From: Octopus bimaculoides
Taxonomy: Eukaryota
Assembly: GCF_001194135.2 (NCBI RefSeq)
Contig: NC_068998.1
Coordinates: 12,191,432 to 12,255,431, forward strand
DNA: 64,000 nucleotides
Reading direction: 5' to 3'
The stretch's first letter is position 1, and each line of letters begins with the position of its first letter. The notes beneath the pieces are model-generated. The model did not search any database and was not told the origin of the DNA. It saw nothing but the letters and a program-made list of their open reading frames with translations. The position numbers were made by a program, and so were the translations under genes. Shown here piece by piece: positions 12,326 through 24,991 of the stretch.

Positions 12326-13165
12326 TTTTAATTATTATTTTTCTGAAAAATCTGTAAGCTGAAATTATACAGGATTTTTATGTATTGGTGAATGCTGTAG
12401 ATACGTTGTTCGTGTGATTGTTGCTATGAATGGGGTGTAAGTTGTTTGAATGCCATTGCAAAGTGTGATATCCACTTTCTACGCGTCTTTTAAATATTAG
12501 TTGGGCTTTCCCTTGAATAAAGACTTTCACTTTCATAGGAAAAAAATACTTTTGGTTTAACGATTTTTAGTAATCACTATTAACGATTATTTGTTTATCT
12601 TTTGATAAATATTGATTCATCAAATTTGCTCTGTTTTATTTTGGTTTTCGAAATGTTTAAGGATCAAAAGGCATTATTACTTTCAAACTGTAAATAATTT
12701 TTCGCTTGGCTTTGACCTGCTAGAAATAAAGGAATCTCACAAATCGCACACACCTTACAATCTTGAAATATAAACTATATTTCAGGTGATTTATTCCTAG
12801 ATGTACTGGGATTGAAAAAGGCAACCGTATAACCAGAAATGTCCAAATGCTGCTAGTTTCATTTTAATTTTATGTAATCTGCCTATATTAACTAAATGTA
12901 AATTTGTGAATATATATTCATTGAAGGGCAGCAATTTGAAAATAGTTTTTTATGTCTACTATTTTAGTATTTAGTCTTTAATGGAGCTGTTGCAGTTCTT
13001 TGGCTTGCCAGCTCTTGTCAAACCGTCCAATCCATGCCAGCACCGTAAATGGACGTTAAATGATGATGATCTGTTGAAGTTGCTTGATAATTGTCATTTA
13101 ACTAATAGATGGTTGTTTTCACATAATTTTGTCTGTGACATTTGAAGTAATTATATGTTGACTGA

Positions 13166-13348
<183 letters not shown>

Positions 13349-13822
13349 TAAACATATTAATAAATTCTGTGCATGAAGATACCATTTGTTGTTCTTAAGG
13401 AGCAGTAGCTCTGAACTGAGAGGCAGTTTAGAATAAATATGATGACATGTTAGCCTGGAAAGTGACATAAAATAATGGTGATGCCTAACCTTAAAGATAA
13501 TATTCAGCAACCAGAAGATTGCAAAAGATCGATATTGTTATGTTCTTACTCCTTCGTTAATAAGTAATTGAGAGAATATTTGTGGTATAAGTCTTCATTA
13601 TACAAGATTCTCTTCACATATAGGGTATATTAATTCATATGTGGTGTATTTTGTCTTTAATAATTATCATCTCTTAAATTAAGGGATATATACGCTCTTA
13701 GCTATAGTATTTACCATCTCACATCCTCTTTGCGACAAAATGTGCATATGTGTATGTATTTACACACGTATTTTGTTCTCTGTTCACAAAGCTGTCTCAT
13801 CTTTCACATCATTGCTTTAACC

Positions 13823-13897
13823 CAAGGGTCTCCAAATTTTTTGGATCATCAACCCCTCATTGATCCCCAGGGATATCGACCACTTTGGAGACCCCTG
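13823..13897. mobile_element. 75-bp hAT (Charlie-like) MITE
   Basis: 14-bp TIR caagggtctccaaa / tttggagacccctg (1 mismatch); 8-bp TSD ctttaacc at 13815-13822 and 13898-13905. Confidence 0.8.
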
Positions 13898-14750
13898 CTT
13901 TAACCCTTTAACATTTAAACCAGCCATATCCGGTCAAAATATTCTATCTGTTTAATGTTCAAACTAGCTAGCCCTGGCCTCTCACATCTATCTTATAGAG
14001 TTTTTTTCATTCTCAAAATAAATAATTACATCAGCGATATCTCAAAGGTACAGGATAATGCATGATTAATTCAATACAAAGTGAATAGATAAGCATTACA
14101 TTTTGGCAGAATAATCTGCATGCTAATGGTTAGTAAGCTGGCCAGATCTGGCCTAAACAGTAGAGAAAACTTCAATGTAATGTAATGTGCCCTAAAAGAA
14201 CCAACTGGTCACAGCACTAACCACCAGATTTAATTGACTAGACATCAATTATCTAGTTGTGGTTGGAATCCTTTTGCTGGGGCTTAAATATTAGCTGCTT
14301 AACTATTGTAGGTAGATTGGATGGGAGTGCATCCATCCTCCTTTATGACTAATTCATTCGTTATTGATCTGTGATATCACTGTGCTTAGTTGTGAACCAT
14401 GTTACAGCTATAGCAAATGAATCTGTCAAAGATTGTACTTGGACTGCAAAGGTGCATCCCTGTAGCCACCCACAATGCTCAGGACTACTTGGGGGGGGGG
14501 GGTCTGAATGAAACTTATTTTCCCATGTGTTCTATTATTCATTTGTTACTGGTAACTAAAGTGCCATGTAAAAAAGAAAAAGCATCCAATACACTCTGTA
14601 AAGTGGTTGGCATTAAGAAGGTCAACCAAGCCAAAACAGACTATGGAACCTGGTGCATCCCTTAGTCTTGCCAGTTTCTGTCAAGCCATCTAACTTGTGA
14701 CAGCATGGAAATTGGACATTAAATGATGGTGTCATTTTGGAATCAAACAC

Positions 14751-15160
14751 CAATGATAAATGATCATGTATGTACTGTTGGGTAAATTTTAGGCTCAGCA
14801 ATTGAAATTAGCATCCTTCATATAAGCAAGGATAGAACAGTACTAATTCAGACAAGCATGTTTGACATTGTTCCTTATTTTGTTGCGTGATGTCTTGCAT
14901 AGTTATATAAGTGCTAGGTCTTTTTTACTTGTATGTGAGATAGTTAATAAAATGTCTCAGTAGTGGTGACTAACTAATATACCTGTAAAAAAGACCTAGC
15001 ATTTATATAACTATGCAAGACATCACGCAACAAAATAAGGAACAATGTCAAACATGCTTGTCTGAATTAGTACTGTTCTATCCTTGCTTATGAAGGATGC
15101 TAATTTCAACTGTTGAGCTTAAAATTTACCCAACAGTACACACATGATCATTTATCACTG
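14751..15160. repeat. Long near-perfect inverted repeat (foldback) in RPS27 intron 3
   Basis: Arms 14754-14928 and 14985-15157 differ by 5 substitutions and one 2-nt indel; pairing extends imperfectly into the short spacer. Confidence 0.95.
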
Positions 15161-15771
15161 TTACAAGTTCATCTCAAGTATTTACAAAAATTTGGCTTCC
15201 AGTTATACTAACTACATCTTTGTACATAAAATATTTTCCTTGATTACATGTATTTACTTGAGTGCGATGATTTTGAATGTGTGATCCCCTCCTCTGTATT
15301 TTGTAGCTAAAGATCAGTAGTAAATTTTCTTTTTAACACTGCTTCTCTCCCATTTTGAACCCGATGTTTTGTATTAAATTTCCCCTCATAATGAGTAAAT
15401 ACAGTTAAATTCTTGCCTTTTTTGCATACTATGCAAGGTCAGCAGATCCTTTCTATAAACTAATACCCTAGGCTTTACCATATTTTCCCACCGTCTTCTT
15501 AGGTCAGACTTGTTTTATATTGTATATTGGAATTTTTTTGATTCTGCATTGAGCATTAGCTTGTCAATGTACATAAGTTCTTGTGGAACACAGTCCTTTA
15601 TTTTTGATTGACTGAGGAGAGAGCTATGATGTATTGCCACTTGCATGCTTGACTGTTAATATATATCAAAGCTACATACAGCCTTTGGAACGATGTTTTA
15701 TTTTGTTACTTTGAAGAGGACTCTACAATAACAACTGTCGTTTAATAATTCTTTTCTCACTTTTTCCCCAG

Positions 15772-15800
15772 GTTGTTCATTCAGAAGAAAACAACATTAA
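15772..15800 (+). CDS. RPS27: RPS27 copy A exon 4
   Basis: ttttccccag|GT TGT TCA TTC AGA AGA AAA CAA CAT TAA = GCSFRRKQH*. The joined CDS is 6+109+111+29 = 255 nt (84 aa). Confidence 0.96.
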
Positions 15801-15831
15801 TAGTGATGACCTGAAGTTATTTATGGTTTAA

Positions 15832-15837
15832 AATAAA
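15832..15837 (+). terminator. Polyadenylation signal of RPS27 copy A
   Basis: AATAAA 31 nt after the stop codon, followed by T-rich sequence. Confidence 0.75.
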
Positions 15838-16840
15838 AGAAATTGAGCCTCATCTCATGTCTTACAGTTTTTACTTTATTACACAAAACCAGTGATTTCA
15901 GTGTTATTTAATATACATAGTAAGTGTTAAAATAGAGTTTCTGACAAAATATTTCGTTTCATTTCCATGTTTCAGTTGAAATTCTGCTATGGTCAACGTT
16001 GCCTTTTCATATTCAGGATCTATAAAACATGGGCTAGTATGTACTCTTCCCAGCAAAAGTATGGCATTTTGCTAATGTTAGAAATTGGTAAACAATAGAA
16101 TTAGCAATTCTTTTTCCTAATATTTCATGACTAAAACCGTTTTAAATTTGATTGCAGAGTCTAGTGTATTGCTTATTAACTTTTTCAATGTGGAATTAAA
16201 TTTCATGGTTATTCCAGCAACGATCTTAAATATCAACCAAAGAATAGAATTGGCATTTTCTGCAAGTGATATTGCCTTAATAAATTTGTTATAAATTGTT
16301 TCATATATGCCATTCCTCAACAAAAGGTAGATTGGTAATGAAATTTTGAGCAGATATATCTGATTTCCATAGCAAAAGAGATAACTAATTTCTGCAGTTT
16401 GTTGATTGGTCTTGGCTATTTCTGACAAACTTGTGCATGAATCATAACATTGTTGGTGTTTATAGAACATTACTATACTATCAGAAATGTAATACAAGAG
16501 AGTGGTAATAAGGAAACGAGCCAGTGTGTGTTGGGGTTGGATAATAAAGATTGTATTTGAATGTATCTTTGTGTGTGCACATTCTCATAGAAATATATAT
16601 TGGTGAATTTCTAAGTAAGGAGGAGGTGTATATTTCTGCGGGCTTGGTCATGCTGAGAGTTTGTAGAAATAAAATTTCTCTTCTTGATTGTCTAAAGGAG
16701 GAAAGGCACATTGTAAAATGCACTGGAATAAATGAGATGATCATATGGCTTCAGCACCGGATTATATACAGCTGGTTTTGGCATAAATAAGAGTTTTTTT
16801 TTTAATTGAGGCAGCGTTTTTCTGTTGAAATACACTGACT

Positions 16841-17061
16841 TTAACTCTTTCATTACCGTATTTATTTTGAGATGCTCTGTTTCTTTCAATTACTTTCAAT
16901 ATAACAAAAAATTTAGTAAACTAACTTAGCTATCATTAAGCTGGTGTTAGGAACATAAATAGTGACTAAGGTTTGGTGGAAGATTTTAATTCAAAGCTTA
17001 TGTCAACAAGACATTTGTACTACACAGCCAGTTTCAGCTGGGTTGGTATCAAAAGGGTTAA
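16841..17061. mobile_element. piggyBac-like MITE, family A (reverse copy)
   Basis: TTAA ends and high identity to 4706-4927. Confidence 0.8.
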
Positions 17062-18116
17062 CTTAATTTTAAATTGTGAAAATAATGTACAATTTAGTAA
17101 AATTACTTTATTATTAAGCTGATATTAGGAACTTCAATAGGTTTTAATTAAAATCACTTTAAAACAGGAAGTTAATATTGAATGAGGAACAATTTAACAT
17201 CAAGAAAGTTAATGTTGCAAGTTCTTTTGACAGCTCAATAGAAACAACTGGAAATCAATACTGGATTGTCAATGAAGCCATTTCCACTTTATTGATGAGT
17301 TTGTTCATTAACATTCAGCTTGGTGAATGAAGTTATAGGCTCCTTAGTTTAACCCCAGGTCAAACCTGATTAGAGGCATTTCGATCCTAACTGCCTCATC
17401 TAGGGAACTCCAGATCAGTGTGGCTATTTTTTAGAGGGTAATCATAGTGTGATTTGGCTGCTATTTCTAGCAGGTTGTACCAAGTAGATACTCTCAATTA
17501 CCAATGAATTTAACATCTCAGGTCCGAATATTTCTTTTCCAGCACCTTTCTAACATTACTATTAGCAGCAATCTTAGCTGGCTTCAGTTACTCATTTTAT
17601 GGCTGGCTAATGATGGTGTTAATCACTCTTTGTCTAAAGTAGGCATGGGTGAACTTACTTGCATTGGGCCAGGCCATAAGAGATTACTCATAAAGCTCTG
17701 TCCACACCACTAACAGGATAATACTGTAGGGAGTACAAGGGGGTGAGTTGGTTGAATTGTTCATATGCTGGGTAAAATGCTTCATGGTAATTCGTCTGAA
17801 GTATCAGTTGAGTTGATTTTTTTTTTTTCTAACCCCTTCAGGATGTTGCCCCTGCATAGCTGTAGCCCAATGACTGGATCATCGTCATCATTTAATGTCT
17901 GTTTTCCATGCTGGCATGGGTTGGAGGGTTTGAAAAGAGCTGTCTGGACTCCAATTGTCTATTTTGATATGGTTTCTATGGCTTGATATCTTTCTGTTGT
18001 GGAGGACACCCCCGAGTGAGAGAAGTGGGCTATTGCACCACAATTAAATAGTGGACAGGCACAAGTGGTGTCAAACTGCGAGGTACGCCATTTGGGCTAG
18101 TCATACAGACAATGAA

Positions 18117-18455
18117 GTGGAGGCGCAATGGGCCAGTGGTTAGCGCAGCGGACTTGCGGTTTCGATTCCCAGACTGGGCGTTGTGAGTGTTTATTGAGCG
18201 AAAACACCTAAAGCTCCACGAGGCTCGAGCAGGGGACAGTGGCGAACCCTGCTGTACTCTTCCACCACAACTTTCTCTCACTCTTACTTCCTGTTTCTGT
18301 TGTACCTGTATTTCAAAGGGCCAGTCTTGTCACACTGTATATCCCCAAGAACTACGTTAAGGGTACACGTGTCTGTGGAGTGCTCAGCCACTTGCACGTT
18401 AATTTTACGAGCAGGCTGTTCCGTTAAATGGATCAACTGGAACCCTCGATGGAGT
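18117..18455 (+). mobile_element. tRNA-derived SINE, family 1
   Basis: Same head and body as 319-680 in opposite orientation, with a short internal deletion. Confidence 0.8.
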
Positions 18456-20273
18456 GCCAACAACAACAGACAATGAAGTAAGTCGTTATAATGTGGGACA
18501 TATCAGTGTCAAGCAAGGCAACACTTTCCTAATGACAACCACTACACAGAGTATGCGGGTTGCTTTTCATGTGCCACCAGCACGGGAACAGATGACTTTG
18601 ACATACATTTATAAAAAAAAGCAAAAGGGTTGCTTGTGGCCCCAATGTCGGGCTTCTCATGCTTGAACTAAAGTATACACTATTTAATCCATTTCTGTCC
18701 ATTTGGTTTGTACTGGCCACACTACACAAAATTCTTTACCGTTTACCGGTTTGCTGAATGCAGCCACTTTATCGCTGGAGTTAAGTGACCCATTCCAAAA
18801 TTTTATACCAGACATCATATCTTGTCACTTTGAAGTCCACTTTTCCATCTTTGCATGTTGGATAAATCTTGTTAAAGTGCATTTACTACGGCCGATGACC
18901 TTTTTGTTGCCAACCCTTACCTGTTTCCAAGTAAGGTAATAATTCTCTTTGACCAGACGTTTTCATGGAAGATGAACGAAGGACAGTAACATTTGTTTAC
19001 AACTATCAAGGCAAAGAGACAGTAACACACACACACACATATATATACACATATGATAGGCTTCTTTAGGTTTCTGTCTACCAAATCACATGGCTTTGGT
19101 TGGCCCAGGGCTATAGCAGAAGACACTTGCTCGAGGTGTCACAAAGTGGGATTGAACCTGGAACCTTCAGAGAAAAAATTAAATCTGTACCTTAATATAG
19201 GATAATTTTATTTTAAGTATGTATACAATTTGGAATAATACATTGAGTCAATAAATAATAGGAGCATTGTTTTCTTTTTTACAATTGTTGTAATCAGAGT
19301 CTGAAAATGCTTATTTCTCTGTAGATTTCTTGGCTGTCTCAGCTTTGGATCTGAATATACTGCATGGCAATCAGTTTTTCTCTGATCTTCATCTAAAACA
19401 TTCATTATTCAACGTTAATATCAGCCATTTATGAAAAGAGAAAGGGAATACAAAAACCAAATGAGAATTATTGTGAATGCGGTTCACACAAGAAATGCAA
19501 GATTCAATCTATTAATATTCTAATCAGTTTGTTTCCATGCTGTAAAACCATTGCTAAAACTAGTTATAAATAGACATGATGACACACCACTCTTGATAGC
19601 AAGTTACTCATGCTGCACCTCCAGCAGTCAAAAGAAATCAGGTTTTTTTTTTTTTTGTCTGAGATGTTGTATATGTGTATGTGAGACAAGGTGTGTGGCC
19701 TAGGTGTTGCATTCATCATTGCAAGATCATGGTTTCAATTCCCAGCCTGGCAGTGCACTGTGTTGTTGAGCGAAACACTTCATTTCATGTTGCTCCAGTT
19801 CACCCAGTTGTGAATGGGTAACCCTGTAATGGATTAGAATTCCCTTTAAGGGGAATGTTGACCTGCCTACCTAGTGAGCAGGTTGGTATTATGGGAAAAT
19901 AAAACAATTCATTTCTACAGCTAAGTGAAATGGAGCTACATGAAATAAAGTGTCTTGCTCAAGAACACAACACACAGCCTGGCCCAGGAATCGAACTCAC
20001 CACCTCATGATTGTGATCCCAACACTCTAACAATGTGCCTTCACACACACATAAAATAATTGATTAAAAGTATTTTTGTATGGATAAAAGCAATAAACAT
20101 TAATTGAATTAAAGACTTGGTATATATGTAGAGTCTGATATTTAAAATGATTTACTTTTGTTGACAGCAATCTTAAAGTTTCTTAAACCATATATCAGTG
20201 AAACTTCAAATTCTCTATCAACACACTTATAGATATGTATATGTATATATGTGTGTTTGGAGACACATGATAA

Positions 20274-20335
20274 AATATACAATAATCCATTACAATATAA
20301 TATACAATAATCCATTACAATATAATATACAATAA
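20274..20335. repeat. 25-bp tandem duplication
   Basis: aatatacaataatccattacaatat repeated about 2.5 times. Confidence 0.85.
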
Positions 20336-20393
20336 TTCATGTTGGTGAAAATGAATTCTAAACAGTTAAAAAATATATATATAAAATAATTAC

Positions 20394-20579
20394 CTCTGTA
20401 AAGTTGTTGGGGCAGACTGAGATGTATTTCCATGGGCCTTGTTGAGACGCTGTCGGCGCTTTTGATGTGCAAGTGACAAAGAGGCACTTCTTATATTTAT
20501 TGGAGTATCGCGATTATTTGACAATTGACGAAGACTAAGGGAAGCTTGCCGAATTGAAGTGTACTGAGTTAGCTCAGAT
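20394..20579 (-). CDS. Alpha/epsilon-sarcoglycan-like gene, cytoplasmic-tail exon
   Basis: ttgcag|A TCT GAG...CAG AG|gtaatt, 186 nt open: SELTQYTSIRQASLSLRQLSNNRDTP...TLQ. It resembles the sarcoglycan post-TM Q-x-x-x-S-I...L-R-x-M/L-S-x-x-R motif, and the phase matches the TM exon donor. The next exon is unresolved. Confidence 0.75.
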
Positions 20580-20770
20580 CTGCAATGTAATGTTTGTGTG
20601 ATAAGTAAAACTAATGGAGTTTTAAGGATGTAGGATTTAGACCAGTGGCTAAACAGACAGCTAATAGGTTAAAGGTAGAGAGATGTACTCTATATATGTC
20701 ATTAGGACTGGCACAAACTATGTGCCATCTGGTTTAACACTGAAAATGTAAATAGTAGGTCGACACTAAT

Positions 20771-21081
20771 TTAACCTCTTAACATACACATTTGTCTTCA
20801 ATTTCTATGCAAAAAATATTTTTTATTTATTCATTTTGAATCTGTGTATAAGGAAGAATAAGTACACAAATTTTTTTGGATCAGTTATGATTTATTCCGA
20901 AGTTACTAATAGAAATGATGGTTAGTGGTAGAAGACAGGAATAACATCACAGATGAAGTATTTCAGGTTAGAAATAAGTGACAGATACCCCAGAGTATAG
21001 TGAATGTATATTTTCATTTAAATATATATTTACTAGATATGTCTGAATGAAAATATACGAGATAATATGTTAAGAGGTTAA
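20771..21081. mobile_element. piggyBac-like MITE, family C
   Basis: TTAA|CCTCTTAACATA...TATGTTAAGAGG|TTAA, perfect 12-bp TIR. Confidence 0.8.
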
Positions 21082-21239
21082 TGCTGATTATGATACCAGA
21101 ATTGCAGGTGCTAGCTCCAACATATTCGATCCACAGCAAAGAATATGTGTAAAAAACAACTTACTATCTTCAATTCAGTTTTTGTGCCTATCCTCACCTA
21201 TAGTCAAGAATGTTGGGTAACAACTGAAATATTGTTCCT

Positions 21240-21600
21240 CTGAAAGGTCTCTGAAGTGACGTTACCAGACAGGATGAGTAGCTCAGAGATCAGGGAGGCT
21301 CTCCAGCTTGAGTTGCTACTTCTCTGCTCTGAGAAGTCACAGCTCTGACACTACAGACATTTTATTAGAATGTCACAGGAAAGAACTGCTAGACAAATTC
21401 TTTGAGCTGAGCTAACCAGCAAGATTCCTCGAGGTGGACCAAGAATGAGATGGTTAGATAATATTCATCGTCTCTGTTGGATATACTTGGGAATTCAGTT
21501 GGACAGTATAATGATGGCTGCTTCTGATAAAACCCCACGAAAGGTATGCCTTAGGGCTACCTAGATGAACCTCCCAGGAATAGAAAGTGGAGAAGATGGA
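21240..21600 (+). mobile_element. RTE-like LINE 3' fragment
   Basis: Frameshifted RTARQIL..ELTSKIPRGGPRMRWLDNI, typical of the RTE C-terminus. Confidence 0.5.
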
Positions 21601-22622
21601 TGGATGGTTGGAAAAATATTAGTGGATTGAATAGCTTTGTAAATAAAAAGAGAAGCATACATTGCCATGTATTTTATACAAGATCTTTTTTATGACAACT
21701 GTTTTATCAGACAGTTGAACCAGTACATGAGTAATATGGCGATGAGCAAAGAGTCTTGTCCCACCTCAAAATGCAATAACTGTGATTGGGTGTTAAACTA
21801 TGAGACAAATAGCTCAATATGGATCATTGTTTCTAAAAATCAAAAAAAATTAACTTACTCTGGTGTCTGACAAATTCTTTTCTCTCTGGAAAGAAGAAAA
21901 AAACAAAACATTTTAGATAACTGCTACTATATATTTTTGTATTTATTTGCAACTTCATAAAAATATACTGAATAAACCATTTGAGATTTTAAAGTGAGAG
22001 AATGAGAGATCAGGACTGATTATTTCTCCCCTAATATAAATTAAATTAGTGAAATTGATTCTCAATTTTATCAAAATTACCTCTCATTCCTAGCACCTCT
22101 AGGCTATTGTTTATTTTCTCCTATTTAATGGTCATCTCCTCAGATAATGTTGGGCTTTGGTGCTATTTTATCTAAAATGCCTTTAACAATTGACCAGGAA
22201 GCAGTGATTAAACACTATACTTTAGTGAGTAAAATTTTGTTGCAGTATATTTTCTTATTTATAGGCATAATTTTAAAGATACACGTTGTGGCTCTTGAAC
22301 ATAAAACAAAAATCATATATGGCTCATCATATGAAATTTGGTCATATAATAAGACACGGAAAAACAATCAAATATATAATGACTGTCATCAACATCATAT
22401 CATTTTCACATCCACTTTTCCATGCTTGCATGAGTCATATGGAATATTACAAGCAGATTCCCTTTCTGTTGCCAGCATTGCAAAGATGTTTTCCCATGGT
22501 TAGACATGTTTACACCGAAGATTAGAACTGAATGGCATAGCTTGCACATTAATTTCATGAGCAAGCAGTTCTGTTGATCGTATCAGCTGGGACCCTCATC
22601 GTCATAACAGATGGAGTGCTCC

Positions 22623-22627
<5 letters not shown>

Positions 22628-22685
<58 letters not shown>
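22628..22685. repeat. (TA)n microsatellite (representative)
   Basis: About 29 TA units. Similar (TA)n/(CA)n/(TG)n tracts at ~1342-1388, 3115-3150, 8208-8238, 37350-37389, 38036-38068 and 44482-44555; several abut N gaps. Confidence 0.95.
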
Positions 22686-22689
<4 letters not shown>

Positions 22690-23000
22690 AAACTTCTTTC
22701 AGTTTCTGTCCAACAAATCCACTCATAAAGCTTTGGTCAGCTTGGGATTATAGCAGAAGACACTAGCTCTGGGGGCCATGCAGTGGGATTGAAACAAAAA
22801 CCACATGGCTGGGAAGCAAACTTCTCACTACACAGAAATGCCTGCACCCATGTGTTATCTAAAATGGGTTGTGAACTATTAGGGCAGGTATATTACCTCT
22901 GCTATATGGTCCACATCACAAGTGGCTGGAAATAGATTTTAATTTCTGTAATAGAATCAATACTAGACTAGAAGATTCAGAAATGCTGAAACATACTCAC

Positions 23001-23179
23001 ATGCCAACTCTACCACAACACATCATGCAGCTGAGAAAGAGAACAACCAAAAGCAATACAGCAGCTGGTATGATGACAAACGTCACAAAATCAGGAAATA
23101 TGTCATGGCAGCGTTCACTGAGACATTTGGGAGGATCAAAATCATCGACGATAGGAAGCACATTATCCAAGAGGATCAT
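23001..23179 (-). CDS. Alpha/epsilon-sarcoglycan-like gene, transmembrane exon (open part)
   Basis: MILLDNVLPIVDDFDPPKCLSERCHDIFPDFVTFVIIPAAVLLLVVLFLSCMMCCGRVG then AT|gtgagt. It resembles the SGCE/SGCA ILP...PP...D-x-x-x-DF-TM-MCC-R-x-G segment recalled from vertebrate proteins. The strong acceptor at 23223 is separated from this frame by two in-frame TGA codons. Confidence 0.72.
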
Positions 23180-23364
23180 TGTTTCACATCAGAGTCACGT
23201 CCAATTAAAAGAAAAAGGGAATCTGAAGAGAAAGAAAGAGAAAAACAGCATAAATTGTCAGAGTGCTTTGATTTTTAATACTCATTTTATACGATCTATC
23301 TTTTATTTTTTACTGGGACACCATCTTGATGGCTTTATTTGAACAAATCAACCCAGGTACTTAC

Positions 23365-23669
23365 TTTTTTAAAGCCTGAGACTTATTGTATCAGTCACCT
23401 TTGTTGAGATTGGATACGTTAGACCAATGAAGCATGGCAAAATAGATTTTGTTTCCTGGAGCCTAATGGCATCTATAAATAAGAGAACCTTTGCTGTTTT
23501 CATCAGTGAGGTGGGAATCTTCAGAGAAAGAGAGGAGAGTGGTTTAACAAGTAGCTTTGATGCACTACTTGTGTTCCTATTTGCCGCGCTCGTATAAACA
23601 GAAAGAATGAGAAACTGCAAGAAGTCATGTAATATATTTCTGTCAAGCACACATCAAATTTCTACTGAT
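23365..23669 (-). pseudogene. Possible degenerate sarcoglycan ectodomain exon(s)
   Basis: Donor gtaagt at 23364 and pyrimidine-rich acceptors at 23519 and 23670. VLDRNILHDFL resembles SGCE MLASEVLGDFL, but every frame contains stops before the donor. The similarity was judged by eye only. Confidence 0.3.
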
Positions 23670-24780
23670 CTGAGAATCAAATATGTATACTTTCTTCAGA
23701 AAGTTATCATCATGATTTAACCAACCAGTTGCTGTACAAATTCACTGACTGGCTGAATAAAGCTTAACAGTTAATTACAACTTTTCTTGTATTTCTTTCC
23801 ACTGTTCTAAACACAACTAATTGGAATCAATAACTTGTAATTATACCAGGGCCAGAGACATGCTAACCAGCTCATTAAAAACTCTATATTAGCCCTGAAC
23901 ATGCAAGCCTATGATTAAAAGTACCCCAGCTTCAACTCTCATGCTTTTTGTAGGTTTAGAACATTATCCAAAATCATCATCATTTAACATCCATTTTCCA
24001 TACTGGCATGGATTGGATGGGTTGACAGGAGATGGTAAGTTAGAGAGTTGCCCCAGACTCCAATTGTCCGTTTTTGCATAGTTTCTATAGCTGGATGCCC
24101 TTCCTAATGCCAACCACTTTACAGAATGAACTGGATGTTTTTTATGTGACACCAGCATGTATCTTTCCTATTCTAAAACTGTGTGATATGAGGGAGATAT
24201 GGATGCTATACCTCATAGTTCTTTCATTATATTTATACATTTTATTCCTATCTTATTCGTCTTCCTTCATATAGCTCAACTACGCCTCAATCATATCTGT
24301 GAAGCTAAAACTCTGACCTAACCACAACTTTGAAAAATATTCCCGTCTGTTTCTGTCAAACATAAATGATTACATATCTCTTTATCATATATTAGGTTAC
24401 CTCTCAATGGCTCAGTTCACGTGGTCATATGAAAGTACTATGGGAGTTCTGATAAAGCTTTAAAAATAATTACCAACAATAGGTATGGAGGTACATTAAC
24501 TGCCAACTTGCCCCTGTTCCCGGGTAGAAATTAAAATGAGAGGAGATAACTCTTTCAGTTGATAACAACACAATTGGAACCCCCAGATGGTGGCCAACCC
24601 AACTGATATCACATGGTGAGCCAATAAAAAATCTTCTATATGCCCACTCGACCCATTAGTATTACCAATCAAACCTCTGAAATTTTCAAAGAAAAGACAA
24701 AGGCATGTTTATTAAGCACATCTATGTAAATTGATTCTCAATTTCTTGAAATTATCTCCCCTCCCTTTGAGTTTTTTTTT

Positions 24781-24991
24781 TTTCTACTCTAGGCACAAGG
24801 CCCGAAAATTTTGGGGAGGCGCCAGTCCATTAGATAGATACCAGTACGCAACTGATACTTAATTTATCGACCCCGAAAGAATGAAAGGCAAAGTCGGCCT
24901 CGGCGGAATTTGAACTCAGAACGTGAAGACAAGACGAAATACCGCTAAGCATTTCACCCGGCGTTCTAACGTTTCTGCCGGCTGGCTGCTT
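24781..24991 (-). mobile_element. tRNA-derived SINE, family 3
   Basis: Well-preserved reverse copy of the 12108 and 48799 elements. Confidence 0.8.

Noticed and set aside
13373-13500. Box C-like ATGAAGA/ATGATGA motifs in RPS27 intron 3
   Set aside because: No correctly spaced box D with a terminal stem, and no recognisable rRNA antisense element.
16117-16497. 126-aa minus-strand ORF downstream of RPS27
   Set aside because: No recognisable domain or splice context; compatible with chance in AT-rich DNA.
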